Of a stretch of 41,666 nucleotides of DNA, positions 8,763 to 18,347 are shown piece by piece. Every line of letters starts with the position of its first letter. The stretch's first letter is position 1. Below the pieces are notes generated by a model. The model did no database searches, was not told the DNA's origin, and saw nothing but the letters and a program-made list of their open reading frames with translations. The translations under genes were made by a program, and so were the position numbers. Source of the DNA: Coriobacteriia bacterium (GTDB lineage Bacteria; Actinomycetota; Coriobacteriia; WRKU01); assembly GCA_009784095.1 (NCBI GenBank), contig WRDL01000001.1, forward strand, positions 1-41,666. Direction: 5' to 3'.

Positions 8763-10598
8763 TTACCGAGACCTGTCCGTTCCAAGGCTGAAGGTGGTCG
8801 ATTCGTGGAAGATCGCTCCGAAGATCGAACGCGTCGCCGGCGTGGCGGTGCGACCACCTGCGCCTCCCTGCTCGACGACGACCGCTACGCAGAACTGGGG
8901 ATCCTCACTCGGAGCGAACCCGACGAACCAAGCGGTATCGTCCTTTTTCGTACCTGTATATTCTGCGGTACCGGTCTTGCCTGAGATCGCGGTGCCGAAA
9001 CCGGAGAAGCCACCGTAAGCGGTACCCTCAGTCACGACCGCACGAAGATACTCACGCATCCATGCCAGATTCTCGGGAGTGACGCTCGGCTCAAAAACGA
9101 CTTCGGGCTCAATGGTCAGCGCTGCGTCCCCATTAGAGTCGAGCACCGCTTTGAGTACGTGTGGCCGAAGGACCTTTCCTTTATAAGCGATCCCGGCATA
9201 GGTCGAGGCAAGCTGTAGAGGAGTCGTCAATACATCACCTTGCCCGATCGCGAGATGCACCCCATCTCCGGGAACCCACGCGCCGATATTGAATTCGGGA
9301 TTGAGCACGTTCCACTCGTTTTTCCACTCTGCGGTTGGGATGCGCCCCGACACCTCTCCGGGAAGATCGATGCCGAGTACCGAGCCGTATCCCCAACTCT
9401 CGAGATATTTTTGCAGTCCCTCATCGGTATTCTCTTCGAAGGCGTAGCCGATATCGTAGAAGTAATAGTTACATGATTGGGCGACCGCCGAGTGCATATC
9501 CATGGTCCCGTGACTGCCTGGGTATATCCAGCAATTCTTCTGATCCCATTGACCCAGTTTCGTCCAGCCCCCGACACAGGTCGTCTGGGTCTGGGTGGTC
9601 ACGATGCTTGCATCGAGCGCTCCCAGCCCCACGAACGCCTTGAAGGTCGATGCGGGTGGGTAGGATGCGCCGATCGCGCGATTGATAAGCGGATAGTTCA
9701 ATTTTTCATCGGTGAGTTTCTCCCAATCCTTTTGGGTGATGCCACCGACGAACACTTCGGGATCGTAGGTCGGATAGCTTGCCATAGCAAGGACTTCACC
9801 GGTCTTGACATCGAGCACGACCGCGGCCGCACCGGCGGTCTTGAGCCCCGACTCGATACCGGCTGCGACGGTCTGCGCCAGGATCTGCTCGGTCGCTCCC
9901 TGCAGCTCAGCATCGAGAGTGAGCATCACGTCCTGTCCTGCTTGAGGAGGATCGTCCTGGACGACCGCTTGTGGCTTACCTTGCGCGTCAACTTCGATGA
10001 GCTGACGACCGCGCACACCCTGCAATACCGTTTCGAAGGCAAGTTCCGCGCCCGATTTTCCGACGATATCGCCCGAATGATAGTTCTCGAAGAGCTCACG
10101 CTCCATATCGGCTTCAGATATCAGCCCGGCATAACCCAGCACTTGAGACGCAAGGGCAGCCTGCGGATAGGTGCGTACCGCGCGAGCAGCTACTTGGATG
10201 TCGGGAAAGAGTGCTTGGTTCTCAGCGATGTAGGAGATCGTATCCATGGGTACATCGATACCGACGACTCGCAAGTCGAGTGGAGCGTCCTTGACCGAAC
10301 CGATACGCTCGCGCACATCCTCCTCGGTGATCATGAGATGAGTTGCGAGACGCTCGATGAGTGCATCATCTTCAAGCGCTGAGATCGGCGCGAGCACGAC
10401 CATCGAAGTACGGTTGGTGACCAACTCGATACCGTTACGATCCAGAATACGTCCACGAGGCGCGATCGTGGTCGCCTCTCGCAGACGGTTGATCGCTGCC
10501 TTATCGGTATACTCCTGCCCGTGGACGATCTGCATCGACCAGAGGCGAAAGACCAATACGAGGATCATGACGACGAATATCGCCATCAGCGACAGCAC
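8763..10598 (-). CDS. mrdA: Penicillin-binding protein 2 (elongasome transpeptidase)
   Basis: Contains the PBP dimerisation-domain N-terminus RLWSMQIVHGQEY, SxxK as ASTFKAF, and KTGTAEY. The track start is GTG 10598. An upstream in-frame CTG at 10629-10631, 5 nt after GGAGG, would add a short cytoplasmic tail (LIYQKPDIQNR), so the start is uncertain. Confidence 0.92.
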   Translation of the reverse strand: MLSLMAIFVVMILVLVFRLWSMQIVHGQEYTDKAAINRLREATTIAPRGRILDRNGIELVTNRTSMVVLAPISALEDDALIERLATHLMITEEDVRERIGSVKDAPLDLRVVGIDVPMDTISYIAENQALFPDIQVAARAVRTYPQAALASQVLGYAGLISEADMERELFENYHSGDIVGKSGAELAFETVLQGVRGRQLIEVDAQGKPQAVVQDDPPQAGQDVMLTLDAELQGATEQILAQTVAAGIESGLKTAGAAAVVLDVKTGEVLAMASYPTYDPEVFVGGITQKDWEKLTDEKLNYPLINRAIGASYPPASTFKAFVGLGALDASIVTTQTQTTCVGGWTKLGQWDQKNCWIYPGSHGTMDMHSAVAQSCNYYFYDIGYAFEENTDEGLQKYLESWGYGSVLGIDLPGEVSGRIPTAEWKNEWNVLNPEFNIGAWVPGDGVHLAIGQGDVLTTPLQLASTYAGIAYKGKVLRPHVLKAVLDSNGDAALTIEPEVVFEPSVTPENLAWMREYLRAVVTEGTAYGGFSGFGTAISGKTGTAEYTGTKKDDTAWFVGFAPSEDPQFCVAVVVEQGGAGGRTATPATRSIFGAIFHESTTFSLGTDRSR

Positions 10599-10640
10599 TC
10601 TGTTCTGTATGTCAGGCTTCTGATAGATCAGAGAAGCCTC

Positions 10641-11153
10641 CTACCATAGAGTCCCAAAGATGACCGAACTGGTATTGTCGCGTAACGCGCGCGTCAATAT
10701 CGGACAAATGATCGTCGCACATACTGCGTTATAAAACGTGCTCGGAAGCACAATACCAAAGAACGCACTCGCAAGCGAGGTTTGCGTTCCCAGAAACAAT
10801 ATCACAATCATGTAGAGAATTTCTGAAGTAAATGTGGCGAGCGCGATAACACCGACCGGTAGGATCCATCCCTCGGCGAACAGGTTCTCCTGTACCAGTC
10901 CGGCGATATACCCCGTGATCGAGAGCACGAGAGCCATGGGACCGACCGGTCCGGCGCCGAGCAGGTCGAAGAGGAGTCCGGCGACAAAACCGAGGACTGT
11001 CCCGGTGTTCGGACCCTCGACGAGCGCCATGATGATGACGGTGATCATTAAGAAGTTCGGTGATACCCCGCCGATCGCGATATAAGGCGCGACCATGACT
11101 TGCAGGAGTACCGCAATAAAGAACGCGGCGGTGTTGACCAGTAATAGTCTCAT
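10641..11153 (-). CDS. mreD: Rod shape-determining protein MreD
   Basis: 170-aa polytopic membrane protein directly after mreC, with the typical MreD length and position. Confidence 0.85.
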   Translation of the reverse strand: MRLLLVNTAAFFIAVLLQVMVAPYIAIGGVSPNFLMITVIIMALVEGPNTGTVLGFVAGLLFDLLGAGPVGPMALVLSITGYIAGLVQENLFAEGWILPVGVIALATFTSEILYMIVILFLGTQTSLASAFFGIVLPSTFYNAVCATIICPILTRALRDNTSSVIFGTLW

Positions 11154-12020
11154 TTAGAGCGATCCAATCTCTGCGGTCTCAACAAATGGTGTGGTGTTGG
11201 TCAGCACCATGACTTCTTCGACGACACGCGGATCGTTGGACGGGGTCACGCGGATCGTCTGGTAAAGCGAGCTGATCCCCGTGATCGCGTCGAGTACCTC
11301 TCCGACCTTCAACCCTTCGGGATAGATACCCCCCAGACCGGAGGTGATGACCACGTCACCCGGCTCGACCTCGACCTCGTTTGCGACGAACTCAAGAGTG
11401 AGCGTACCGGACAGCGATCCGGTAGCGATACCGGGGGTACGAGTTCGCTGCAGCATACAGGCAACACCGCTGCGACGGTCAGTCGTGAGACGGACTTTCG
11501 AGAAGTTCGGACCGACCTCGATGATCTGTCCGAGAAGACCTTGCGGTCCCACTACCGGCATACTGACCTCGAAGTCAGCGTTCGATCCCTTATTGATCGT
11601 GATGACTTGATCCCACGCATTGGCGGGAATGCCGATCACACGTGCTGACACACCGTTGTAATCTGCATTCTGTTGCGCTTCCATCAGTTTCTCGAGATTC
11701 TGGAACTGAAGAAGTCTCTCTTCGAGTACGAGCACCTGTTGGCGCAGTTCCTCATTCTGGCGATACAGTGTGCGCGCGTCCTCTTGAGATATATTGCCGA
11801 CGTTGACCTCTGCGGTCCATTGGCGAATAGGGCTTGTCAAAAAATTACCGACGCGAGCAAGCGGAGTGGAAAGTGCTTGTACGCCACTGCGTATGCTGTG
11901 CAAAGGGCCATTCGGACCTTCACGATCCCATACCGTGATGCAGAGGATGGATAGCACGATCATGACCGCTGCTAACCAGAGTTGAGCCGAGCGCGGCTCC
12001 TTTGTCTCGTGCACCCTCAT
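11154..12020 (-). CDS. mreC: Rod shape-determining protein MreC
   Basis: Has an N-terminal TM, a coiled-coil (LYRQNEELRQQVLVLEERLLQ), and beta-barrel domains with GDVVITSGLGGIYPEGLKVGEV. Confidence 0.92.
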   Translation of the reverse strand: MRVHETKEPRSAQLWLAAVMIVLSILCITVWDREGPNGPLHSIRSGVQALSTPLARVGNFLTSPIRQWTAEVNVGNISQEDARTLYRQNEELRQQVLVLEERLLQFQNLEKLMEAQQNADYNGVSARVIGIPANAWDQVITINKGSNADFEVSMPVVGPQGLLGQIIEVGPNFSKVRLTTDRRSGVACMLQRTRTPGIATGSLSGTLTLEFVANEVEVEPGDVVITSGLGGIYPEGLKVGEVLDAITGISSLYQTIRVTPSNDPRVVEEVMVLTNTTPFVETAEIGSL

Positions 12021-12032
12021 GTGGTTAAGATC

Positions 12033-13073
12033 CTATCGCGATCCTTGAAGGACCGAACTAAGAACATCGATTTCCTCTAACGCTTGGGCTGAGCCCTCGA
12101 CGACGTTGGTAAGCGCGCTGTCAGAGACATAGACGGGCATACCGGTCTCGTGTCTGAGCCGTTCGTCAAGACCGCGGAGCAACGCGCCACCGCCGGTCAG
12201 GATGATACCGTATTCCATAAGGTCACTCGCGAGCTCCGGTGGAGTTTCCTCCAGTGTGTCGGTGACCGCACGAATGACAGATTGCGTGGGATCCTCGATC
12301 GCCTCGCGTACTTCTTCTGATTCCATCGTGATCGTACGAGGCAGACCAGTCGAAAGGTCGCGTCCTTTGATCTCAACGTCTACTTCTTCAACGAGCGGCC
12401 ATGCTGAGCCTATCTCGATCTTGATATCTTCCGAGGTACGCTCGCCGATCGCAACGTTGAATGCACGTTTCACATAATTGGCTATCGCTTCGTCGAACTC
12501 ATCTCCGGCGGTCCTGCTCGAACGAGATACGACGATGCCACCCAATGAGATGACCGCTACCTCGGTCGTGCCTCCGCCGATATCGACGACCATCGAACCG
12601 GTCGGCTCGTGTATCGGGAGCCCGGCTCCGATCGCGGCTGCCATCGGCTCCTCGATGAGGAACGCCTTGCGTGCACCCGCGCTCATAGTCGCCTCGAACA
12701 CCGCGCGTTTCTCTACTTCGGTGACACCCGAAGGAACACACACCACGACTCGTGGTTTTGGCTGGAAGAGGAACTTGCGCTTTCGTACGCGGCTGATAAA
12801 ATACCGAAGCATCGCTTCGGTCACGTTGAAATCCGAGATCACCCCGTCTTTGAGCGGGCGAATAGCGGTGATCGATCCGGGAGTACGTCCGATCATGCGC
12901 TTTGCGTCTTGACCGACCGCCAGAACGCGACCGGTATCGTGCTCGATAGCTACAACCGAAGGCTCAATAAGAACGATGCCCTCACCTCTCATCGAGACAA
13001 GGGTATTGGCGGTCCCAAGATCGACCGCAATATCATTAGAAAAACTCCCGAAGAGCATATCGCTTAACGACAC
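12033..13073 (-). CDS. mreB: Actin-like rod shape-determining protein MreB
   Basis: Contains [26 protein letters not shown] and [15 protein letters not shown]. The GTG start at 13073 follows AAGGAG. Confidence 0.97.
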   Translation of the reverse strand: MSLSDMLFGSFSNDIAVDLGTANTLVSMRGEGIVLIEPSVVAIEHDTGRVLAVGQDAKRMIGRTPGSITAIRPLKDGVISDFNVTEAMLRYFISRVRKRKFLFQPKPRVVVCVPSGVTEVEKRAVFEATMSAGARKAFLIEEPMAAAIGAGLPIHEPTGSMVVDIGGGTTEVAVISLGGIVVSRSSRTAGDEFDEAIANYVKRAFNVAIGERTSEDIKIEIGSAWPLVEEVDVEIKGRDLSTGLPRTITMESEEVREAIEDPTQSVIRAVTDTLEETPPELASDLMEYGIILTGGGALLRGLDERLRHETGMPVYVSDSALTNVVEGSAQALEEIDVLSSVLQGSR

Positions 13074-13114
13074 GCAAACTCCTTACCTCGCGAAGCGGAT
13101 AACACAGTTTTAAT

Positions 13115-13150
13115 ATTTTACCATGTTTGGTAAGTTGAATTTTCCTTATA
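13115..13150 (-). promoter_or_regulatory. Putative mreB operon promoter (extended -10)
   Basis: The minus strand reads TGGTAAAAT (-10 TAAAAT at 13115-13120, TG at 13122-13123), about 40 nt upstream of the mreB start in an AT-rich patch. The -35 element is poor. Confidence 0.35.
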
Positions 13151-13418
13151 GGCGTTTCGTTACCGCGATACACATTCACGCATATTTGCGGGTCTATATC
13201 CGCAGATAGCGTATATTTCGGCGGTCAACTTAATGCTCGCGTCGTATGTGCCCAAGCCCGCAAGCCCCTGGGCCCGCAACTGCCGCACAAGGTATTCTCC
13301 CTGTTTGGTGAGGGTATGATGCAGCTGGTCGTACCTATGTGGTTCTGAATGGACTGCCGTGGCTTATGCGACTTGTATTGATGCCTCCTTTCATGGCGCT
13401 ACGTTATATCCGCGTTGT

Positions 13419-16115
13419 TCATCGCACTAACGTCGCTTTTTTCCTTTGCCGAGCGACCACTGAGATGGCGGTAAGACTCCCACCGACGGTCAGACCGATG
13501 ATCACCATTTCGAGCTTCACATAGATTCCGTCACCGGTCGAAGGGGCACTCTCGAGTGGGATCGGTACCGGCGTTGTTTCCACACTTGGCACGATCGTCG
13601 GAGTGTTCTCCTGGCTCTCGAACACTTCAGGGAGCTCCTCTTTCTGCGGTACTTCCCTCCTGATGACCGTAACGGTCTGGTCGGTATCTTCTATATCTTC
13701 ATGTGAGGTGATGAGCTCATCGCCTTGGTAGAGATACTCGAACACGACGATATCGATCTCGTCCAGATCGTAAGTGTCCATCAATGCAGTCACGAGCGAC
13801 GCATCGAAATCGAAGACCACTTCGACGGTGCCGCTTATGAATTGGGACACGGCTTCCGTGAAGAACTCCACCTCTGACATGATCGGCTCCCCGTCTATGA
13901 GCAGTACCTCGTTGCCTGCTTTGTCCATCAGTATTCCGCGCAGAATATAGTTTGTGTTCGATCTGAGGTTATTAAAGACGACCGTATCGATGACCTGCGC
14001 TTCGTTATCAGGAAAGAGCATCGTGGTACCGCTGGTGCCATCAAGCGCACTCGTTCGGATCGCCGGTATGACAGGCGGACTGTTAAGGAGCGTACCGAGT
14101 GAGACTACATGGGAGTCACGAACGATGACGATCTCGAACGGGGGAATCAATTCTCGATCCGCATTTGCAGTGCAGATAAGCTCTTCGATCATATAGGTGT
14201 CGTACGGCAGCGCACCCTTTGAGTTATCTAACGCATTCTGTGCACCGAACCATACCCCATCCTCGTCGGTCAGTCCTTCATTGGTGTTCTGCGTGTGGGG
14301 GTTCCATGATGCCGCAGTCGATGCGTATCCGTTCGCATCGGTAACGATGACATGACTCTCGCCGCTCGTCGTACTTGTGATCTGGAATGGTACTCCGCCG
14401 AGACGTTCATAGGTCTCCTCGCCTGCTTTTATCAATTCGATATCACCGCGCTTGATCTGGTCGGCGACGACCGGTGCGACGAAGGTGCTCACCGTCTGCG
14501 CGGTCCCCTCCGAGGTGACCTGCTGGACCCACATCGTCTGCTCACCCAAGAGATAGCCTTCAGGCGCTTTGGTCTCTTTGATGGTGATCGTTCCCAGCGG
14601 TAAGACAGAGCGACCCTCATTGTCGACTATCAGTTCGTCTCCCGCGATAAGATATTCGGGATCGAGGTACACATAGCCGTCTTCATCGGTACGAAAAGTC
14701 CATGTCTTTGTCGGTATCATGGTTGCGCTCCATGAGGTGTTGACCGTTGAATGATACCCCGCGTAATGCTTGACCTCGAATTGCGCTCCAGCCAGAGTCG
14801 CACCTCCTTGCGGTGCACCTGACATCATTTCGAAATCTATCTTGCTCAGCGCGATCCCAACAGGATTGTGCTGGGGCATATCCTCTACTTGACCTGCAGA
14901 TTCATTGAGACGCACGGTGAGATTCGGGCGTACTCTGACCGGATAGACGGTCTCATCGAGCGCATAGCCGGTCGCAGTACTCGTTTCTTTGACGAAATAG
15001 TTTCCCGCGTCGATCTCGGCTGATACCGCCTCTCCTGAAGCGTTGGTCGTCATCGTCGAGACCCTTTGAATGCACGCTTCATCGATATAGACGCCGTAGG
15101 ACGCCCCAGCGATGTTGTAGCTGGCATTGTTATCGCTTATCTGGGACCATCCAGATCGTTTCACCAGATCGATCCTCCCCATCGCGGGCACATTGACCAC
15201 TTGTCCGGGTGAGCCACCGACCCTCGTGGTCATTCCTGATCTCACGCTCACCGTATGCACAGAGGGGCTGATCACGAATCCACGCGGTGCGGTCGTTTCG
15301 CGTATAAAGTACAGTCCACTCGTCAACGCACCGGATTTGCCATAACCGGTGGCGTCAGTGGTGATCGTCGCGATCGGGGTACCGGTCGCGGACGGGTTCG
15401 TATAAATGCCAAAGACCGCGCCGGCCAGCGAGAAATCGCTGTTCGAAGCGGTCACCTGCGGCTTGGATGATGTCTTTACCAGATCGAGGTATCCCACGTG
15501 ATCGGTCTTGATGACGGTATAGGATGCCGCTATACCTTTCCCCTGGATCGTGGTGACCGCATTGACTCCGTTCGAGTCGTGTGAATGCCAGAACAGATCT
15601 TCACTCGGGGTCGATCCCCAAAAGATCCCGGTGTGATGATAAGGATCGATATCATACATACTGCTGTTCCATATCCAGATGACATCACCCTTCTCGAGTA
15701 TGCCGGATGCGAGCATCTCGGCCTTCGAATAGTAATGATAATGCTCGAGGTCGTTCCATTGGATAAAGTCGAGCCAGCCGATGATACCCGGTATGCCCGA
15801 TGCTCCGGCAGCGGTAAAGGCATGCCAGACGAATCCGGTGCAGTTCATGCCTACCGAACCGTTGAACGAGGGGTCTCCGTTCGGAGATCGAAAGTCACCT
15901 CCCACATACGGGGTCCCCAGATAGTATGAGTCGAACCGATGCGAATTGAGCCAACTGATCAGCCCACTGCGAGTGACACCGGTCACCTCTGCGATCGTTC
16001 GTGACCCAAGAGCGGTCGCTGTCGAGGGCACAAGCAGCATCGCGGCAAGCACCGCCACTATCACCAGCGCGCCCACCGTACAATAACTGTTCGCGCGCAT
16101 ACCAAAGCTTTTCAT
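13419..16115 (-). CDS. Cell-wall-anchored multidomain surface protein: signal peptide, NlpC/P60 (C40)-like domain, four SpaA/Cna-B-like Ig-fold domains, one Thr-Gln ester-bond-type domain, and an LPXTG-like sorting signal
   Basis: 898 aa with an N-terminal signal peptide (aa 1-36). The C40-like motifs are GMNCTGFVWH (Cys92) and GDVIWIW..HHTGIFWG. Four repeats show the SpaA-type pattern (LAGAVFGIY..TDATGY..LYFIRETTAPRGF; LPLGTITIKETKAPEGYLL; and similar). The C-terminal domain carries HEDIEDTDQ, which fits HxDxxDxxQ. The tail is SAPSTGD, then a hydrophobic segment, then RQRKKATLVR. Confidence 0.85.
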   Translation of the reverse strand: MKSFGMRANSYCTVGALVIVAVLAAMLLVPSTATALGSRTIAEVTGVTRSGLISWLNSHRFDSYYLGTPYVGGDFRSPNGDPSFNGSVGMNCTGFVWHAFTAAGASGIPGIIGWLDFIQWNDLEHYHYYSKAEMLASGILEKGDVIWIWNSSMYDIDPYHHTGIFWGSTPSEDLFWHSHDSNGVNAVTTIQGKGIAASYTVIKTDHVGYLDLVKTSSKPQVTASNSDFSLAGAVFGIYTNPSATGTPIATITTDATGYGKSGALTSGLYFIRETTAPRGFVISPSVHTVSVRSGMTTRVGGSPGQVVNVPAMGRIDLVKRSGWSQISDNNASYNIAGASYGVYIDEACIQRVSTMTTNASGEAVSAEIDAGNYFVKETSTATGYALDETVYPVRVRPNLTVRLNESAGQVEDMPQHNPVGIALSKIDFEMMSGAPQGGATLAGAQFEVKHYAGYHSTVNTSWSATMIPTKTWTFRTDEDGYVYLDPEYLIAGDELIVDNEGRSVLPLGTITIKETKAPEGYLLGEQTMWVQQVTSEGTAQTVSTFVAPVVADQIKRGDIELIKAGEETYERLGGVPFQITSTTSGESHVIVTDANGYASTAASWNPHTQNTNEGLTDEDGVWFGAQNALDNSKGALPYDTYMIEELICTANADRELIPPFEIVIVRDSHVVSLGTLLNSPPVIPAIRTSALDGTSGTTMLFPDNEAQVIDTVVFNNLRSNTNYILRGILMDKAGNEVLLIDGEPIMSEVEFFTEAVSQFISGTVEVVFDFDASLVTALMDTYDLDEIDIVVFEYLYQGDELITSHEDIEDTDQTVTVIRREVPQKEELPEVFESQENTPTIVPSVETTPVPIPLESAPSTGDGIYVKLEMVIIGLTVGGSLTAISVVARQRKKATLVR

Positions 16116-16211
16116 TGTTCATCTCCTTCGTCTTGTCGATAGCTCGTATTGGCAAGGAAGGGATCACATGCGCCATCCTCCCAATAAAGGCAAGAATAAC
16201 GACAAAGAAAT

Positions 16212-16243
16212 AGTCGGCGGTTAGCTTACACTTACCGCCGACT
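16212..16243 (-). terminator. Terminator-like hairpin after the hydrogenase operon
   Basis: A 10-bp perfect stem AGTCGGCGGT / ACCGCCGACT with a 12-nt loop, 57 nt downstream of the alpha-subunit stop. On the minus strand it is followed by the moderately T-rich ATTTCTTTGTCGTTATTCTT. Confidence 0.6.
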
Positions 16244-16299
16244 CATGCTCTATCTTAAAAATGACTTAACTAAACATTAATCTTGTTAACTACATCCGA

Positions 16300-17562
16300 C
16301 TAGTGAACAGCGCATGACATGCACGGGTCGTAGCAGCGGACCAGCATCTCGACCGATTTTTTGAACTCATCCTCACCTTTTTCCACAACCGTGGGACTGA
16401 AGCGTTGCAGATCGAGCGCAAGATTGGCAAGATTCTGCGCGGTCGGGGTGACCACGTCGGCCGCAGTCACCATACCGTCGCTGTCGATAGTGACACTGTG
16501 GTAGAGAGTACCGCGCGGTGCCTCACTCGCTCCATAACCGGTCCCCGCCTTTACCTTGAAAGGCTTCGGTGCGACCGATCCGCTCTCTAGGGAGAGCTCA
16601 TCGGCCAACGTAGCACAACGCTCTGCCGCATCGACGAGCTCGATCGCTCGACACGCGTGAGCGCTGAAGATATTTCGGTTGACCGGGCGCAGCCCGATCT
16701 TGCTCGCTACCACACGAGCAGAGGGGAGCAGTTGATCCCATGAGACGTTGACACGCGCGAGCGGTCCGGTCATAAAGGTCTTGCCATCGATGAACGAATG
16801 TTTGGAGTTGGAGTGCTCGACCACCTTTTCCTTGATGATATTGGGGTATTCACTGACCGGCTTTGACCATCCCGCATCAAGCGCGGTGATCTGTCCAGAT
16901 ACCGTTGCGTAAAGATCGATCTCGTGAAGGGCCACCAACTCGCCTTGGGTATCGAAATGCTGAGGTACGATCTCGCCGAAGAGCTCGACCGTTGCGGCCG
17001 CATCGGCGACCGCCTCAAAGAGTTGCTCGCTCAAGTGGCGCAGCGCCTCTGCACTCACATCATCAGTAAAACCGCCGACGGTCGGAGTGATCGGATGGAC
17101 CGGACGTCCGCCGATGAGCGTGCATAGATCATTACCAAGCTTCTTTAGACGTAGTGCACGACGCACGATCTCAGGCGCGCTCTCGGCCAGTGGAACGAAT
17201 GAAGGCAACCCTACAAAGTCAGGCGCCGCAAAGATGTAAAGTGCCGAGGCGTGGTTTTGTAGGTATGAGCCGTGAACGAGGAGTTGACGCAGCTTCTTCG
17301 TGCGCTCGGAGACCTTGATGCCCAACGCATCTTCCACCGCGATCAGATTGGTCACAAAGTGGTTGGGCGAGCAGATCCCACAGATGCGGCTCGATATATG
17401 GGATACTTCATCGAAACGGCGTCCGCGCATCATAGCCTCAAAGACCCGCGTCGGCTCGATGATCTCCATGAAGATGTCTTTGACCTCGTTATCCTTCACA
17501 TCGATCGCCACATTGCCATGGCCTTCGATGCGGGCGATATGATGGATGTTCAATTTCGTCAT
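16300..17562 (-). CDS. [NiFe] hydrogenase large (alpha) subunit, group 3b / sulfhydrogenase type (HydA-like)
   Basis: Has the N-terminal Ni-binding motif SRICGICSPNH and the C-terminal DPCMSCAVH, followed directly by a stop. It is the fourth gene of a beta-gamma-delta-alpha operon. Confidence 0.92.
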   Translation of the reverse strand: MTKLNIHHIARIEGHGNVAIDVKDNEVKDIFMEIIEPTRVFEAMMRGRRFDEVSHISSRICGICSPNHFVTNLIAVEDALGIKVSERTKKLRQLLVHGSYLQNHASALYIFAAPDFVGLPSFVPLAESAPEIVRRALRLKKLGNDLCTLIGGRPVHPITPTVGGFTDDVSAEALRHLSEQLFEAVADAAATVELFGEIVPQHFDTQGELVALHEIDLYATVSGQITALDAGWSKPVSEYPNIIKEKVVEHSNSKHSFIDGKTFMTGPLARVNVSWDQLLPSARVVASKIGLRPVNRNIFSAHACRAIELVDAAERCATLADELSLESGSVAPKPFKVKAGTGYGASEAPRGTLYHSVTIDSDGMVTAADVVTPTAQNLANLALDLQRFSPTVVEKGEDEFKKSVEMLVRCYDPCMSCAVH

Positions 17563-18347
17563 GAGACAACCTCCTGAGCGGTCTTCTTCGAGGTGACCGC
17601 CTTTTGAGTTGCTTGCTCGTTGGCCGCATTATAGATCTTGATCAGCGATTCGAATTGATCCGCGTCACACTTGTTCTGCGCGGCGAAAGCGTACGCGCTC
17701 TCGATATTGGCGTCTTGAGCGATGCCTCTACACGCGGTACAGGGGCGTCCGCGACTTACGCATGTGGCATTACATCCGCTGCGTGCGATCATGCCCAGAC
17801 AGGGAGTCCCCGCAAGCCAAAAGCACATATTCTCAGCGATCTTGCACTCGCCGCACATGCTCTGTCTCTGCGGAGTGTCCACGAGAGCGCGAATCGCGCG
17901 TTGCAGTACCCGTGAGAGCTCTGCCGGATCGATCGGACACCCCGGTATCGTGAAATCAACGGTGATGTAGTCTGAGATAGGCGCCGGTTTACGGGCACCC
18001 GCTCCGACCTTCTTCTCACCGGAACCATAGACTTCCTTGAGTTGACCGCGGACCGGACCGGCGATCGCGAGTCCAGGAATGCCGCCGGTCGCCGCACATG
18101 CACCGAGCGCTATCACGCAACTGGCGGTCGCACGCACCTTCTCGAGTAGTTCAACGTGTTCGTCGGTCGTCACCGCACCTTCGATCAGGGCGACTTCGTA
18201 TGCATCGGGCATATCACCGGATGATACGAACTGCCAATAGCCCAGATCAAAGGTTGAGAGCATCTCGAGGATCTCAGGGAAGTTCGAGATCTGTACCTGG
18301 CATCCATAGTCCGATGCAAGAGATAAAATAACTGCAGTAGGTCTCAT
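17559..18347 (-). CDS. [NiFe] hydrogenase small (delta) subunit, NuoB-like Fe-S protein (HydD-like)
   Basis: 262 aa with Cys clusters (GCQVQ.., GACAATGGIPG, CGECK..C, CNATC..C..C) typical of group 3 small subunits. It overlaps the alpha subunit by 4 nt. Confidence 0.88.
   Translation of the reverse strand: MRPTAVILSLASDYGCQVQISNFPEILEMLSTFDLGYWQFVSSGDMPDAYEVALIEGAVTTDEHVELLEKVRATASCVIALGACAATGGIPGLAIAGPVRGQLKEVYGSGEKKVGAGARKPAPISDYITVDFTIPGCPIDPAELSRVLQRAIRALVDTPQRQSMCGECKIAENMCFWLAGTPCLGMIARSGCNATCVSRGRPCTACRGIAQDANIESAYAFAAQNKCDADQFESLIKIYNAANEQATQKAVTSKKTAQEVVS

Noticed and set aside
9477-10382. 301-aa ORF antisense to mrdA, and similar antisense or alternate-frame ORFs (19342-20032 opposite hydB, 35526-36128 inside the HerA-like gene, 28597-29220 and 24971-25462)
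   Set aside because: All are nested in strongly supported genes. They show Arg/Pro/Ser/Gly-rich, low-complexity translations and have no start context. They are treated as frame artefacts.
13230-13300. GC-rich patch with repeated GCGGGC/GCCCGC words between the surface-protein gene and mreB
   Set aside because: I could not fold it into a convincing hairpin or terminator, and I could not find a regular repeat unit. It is probably just local composition.
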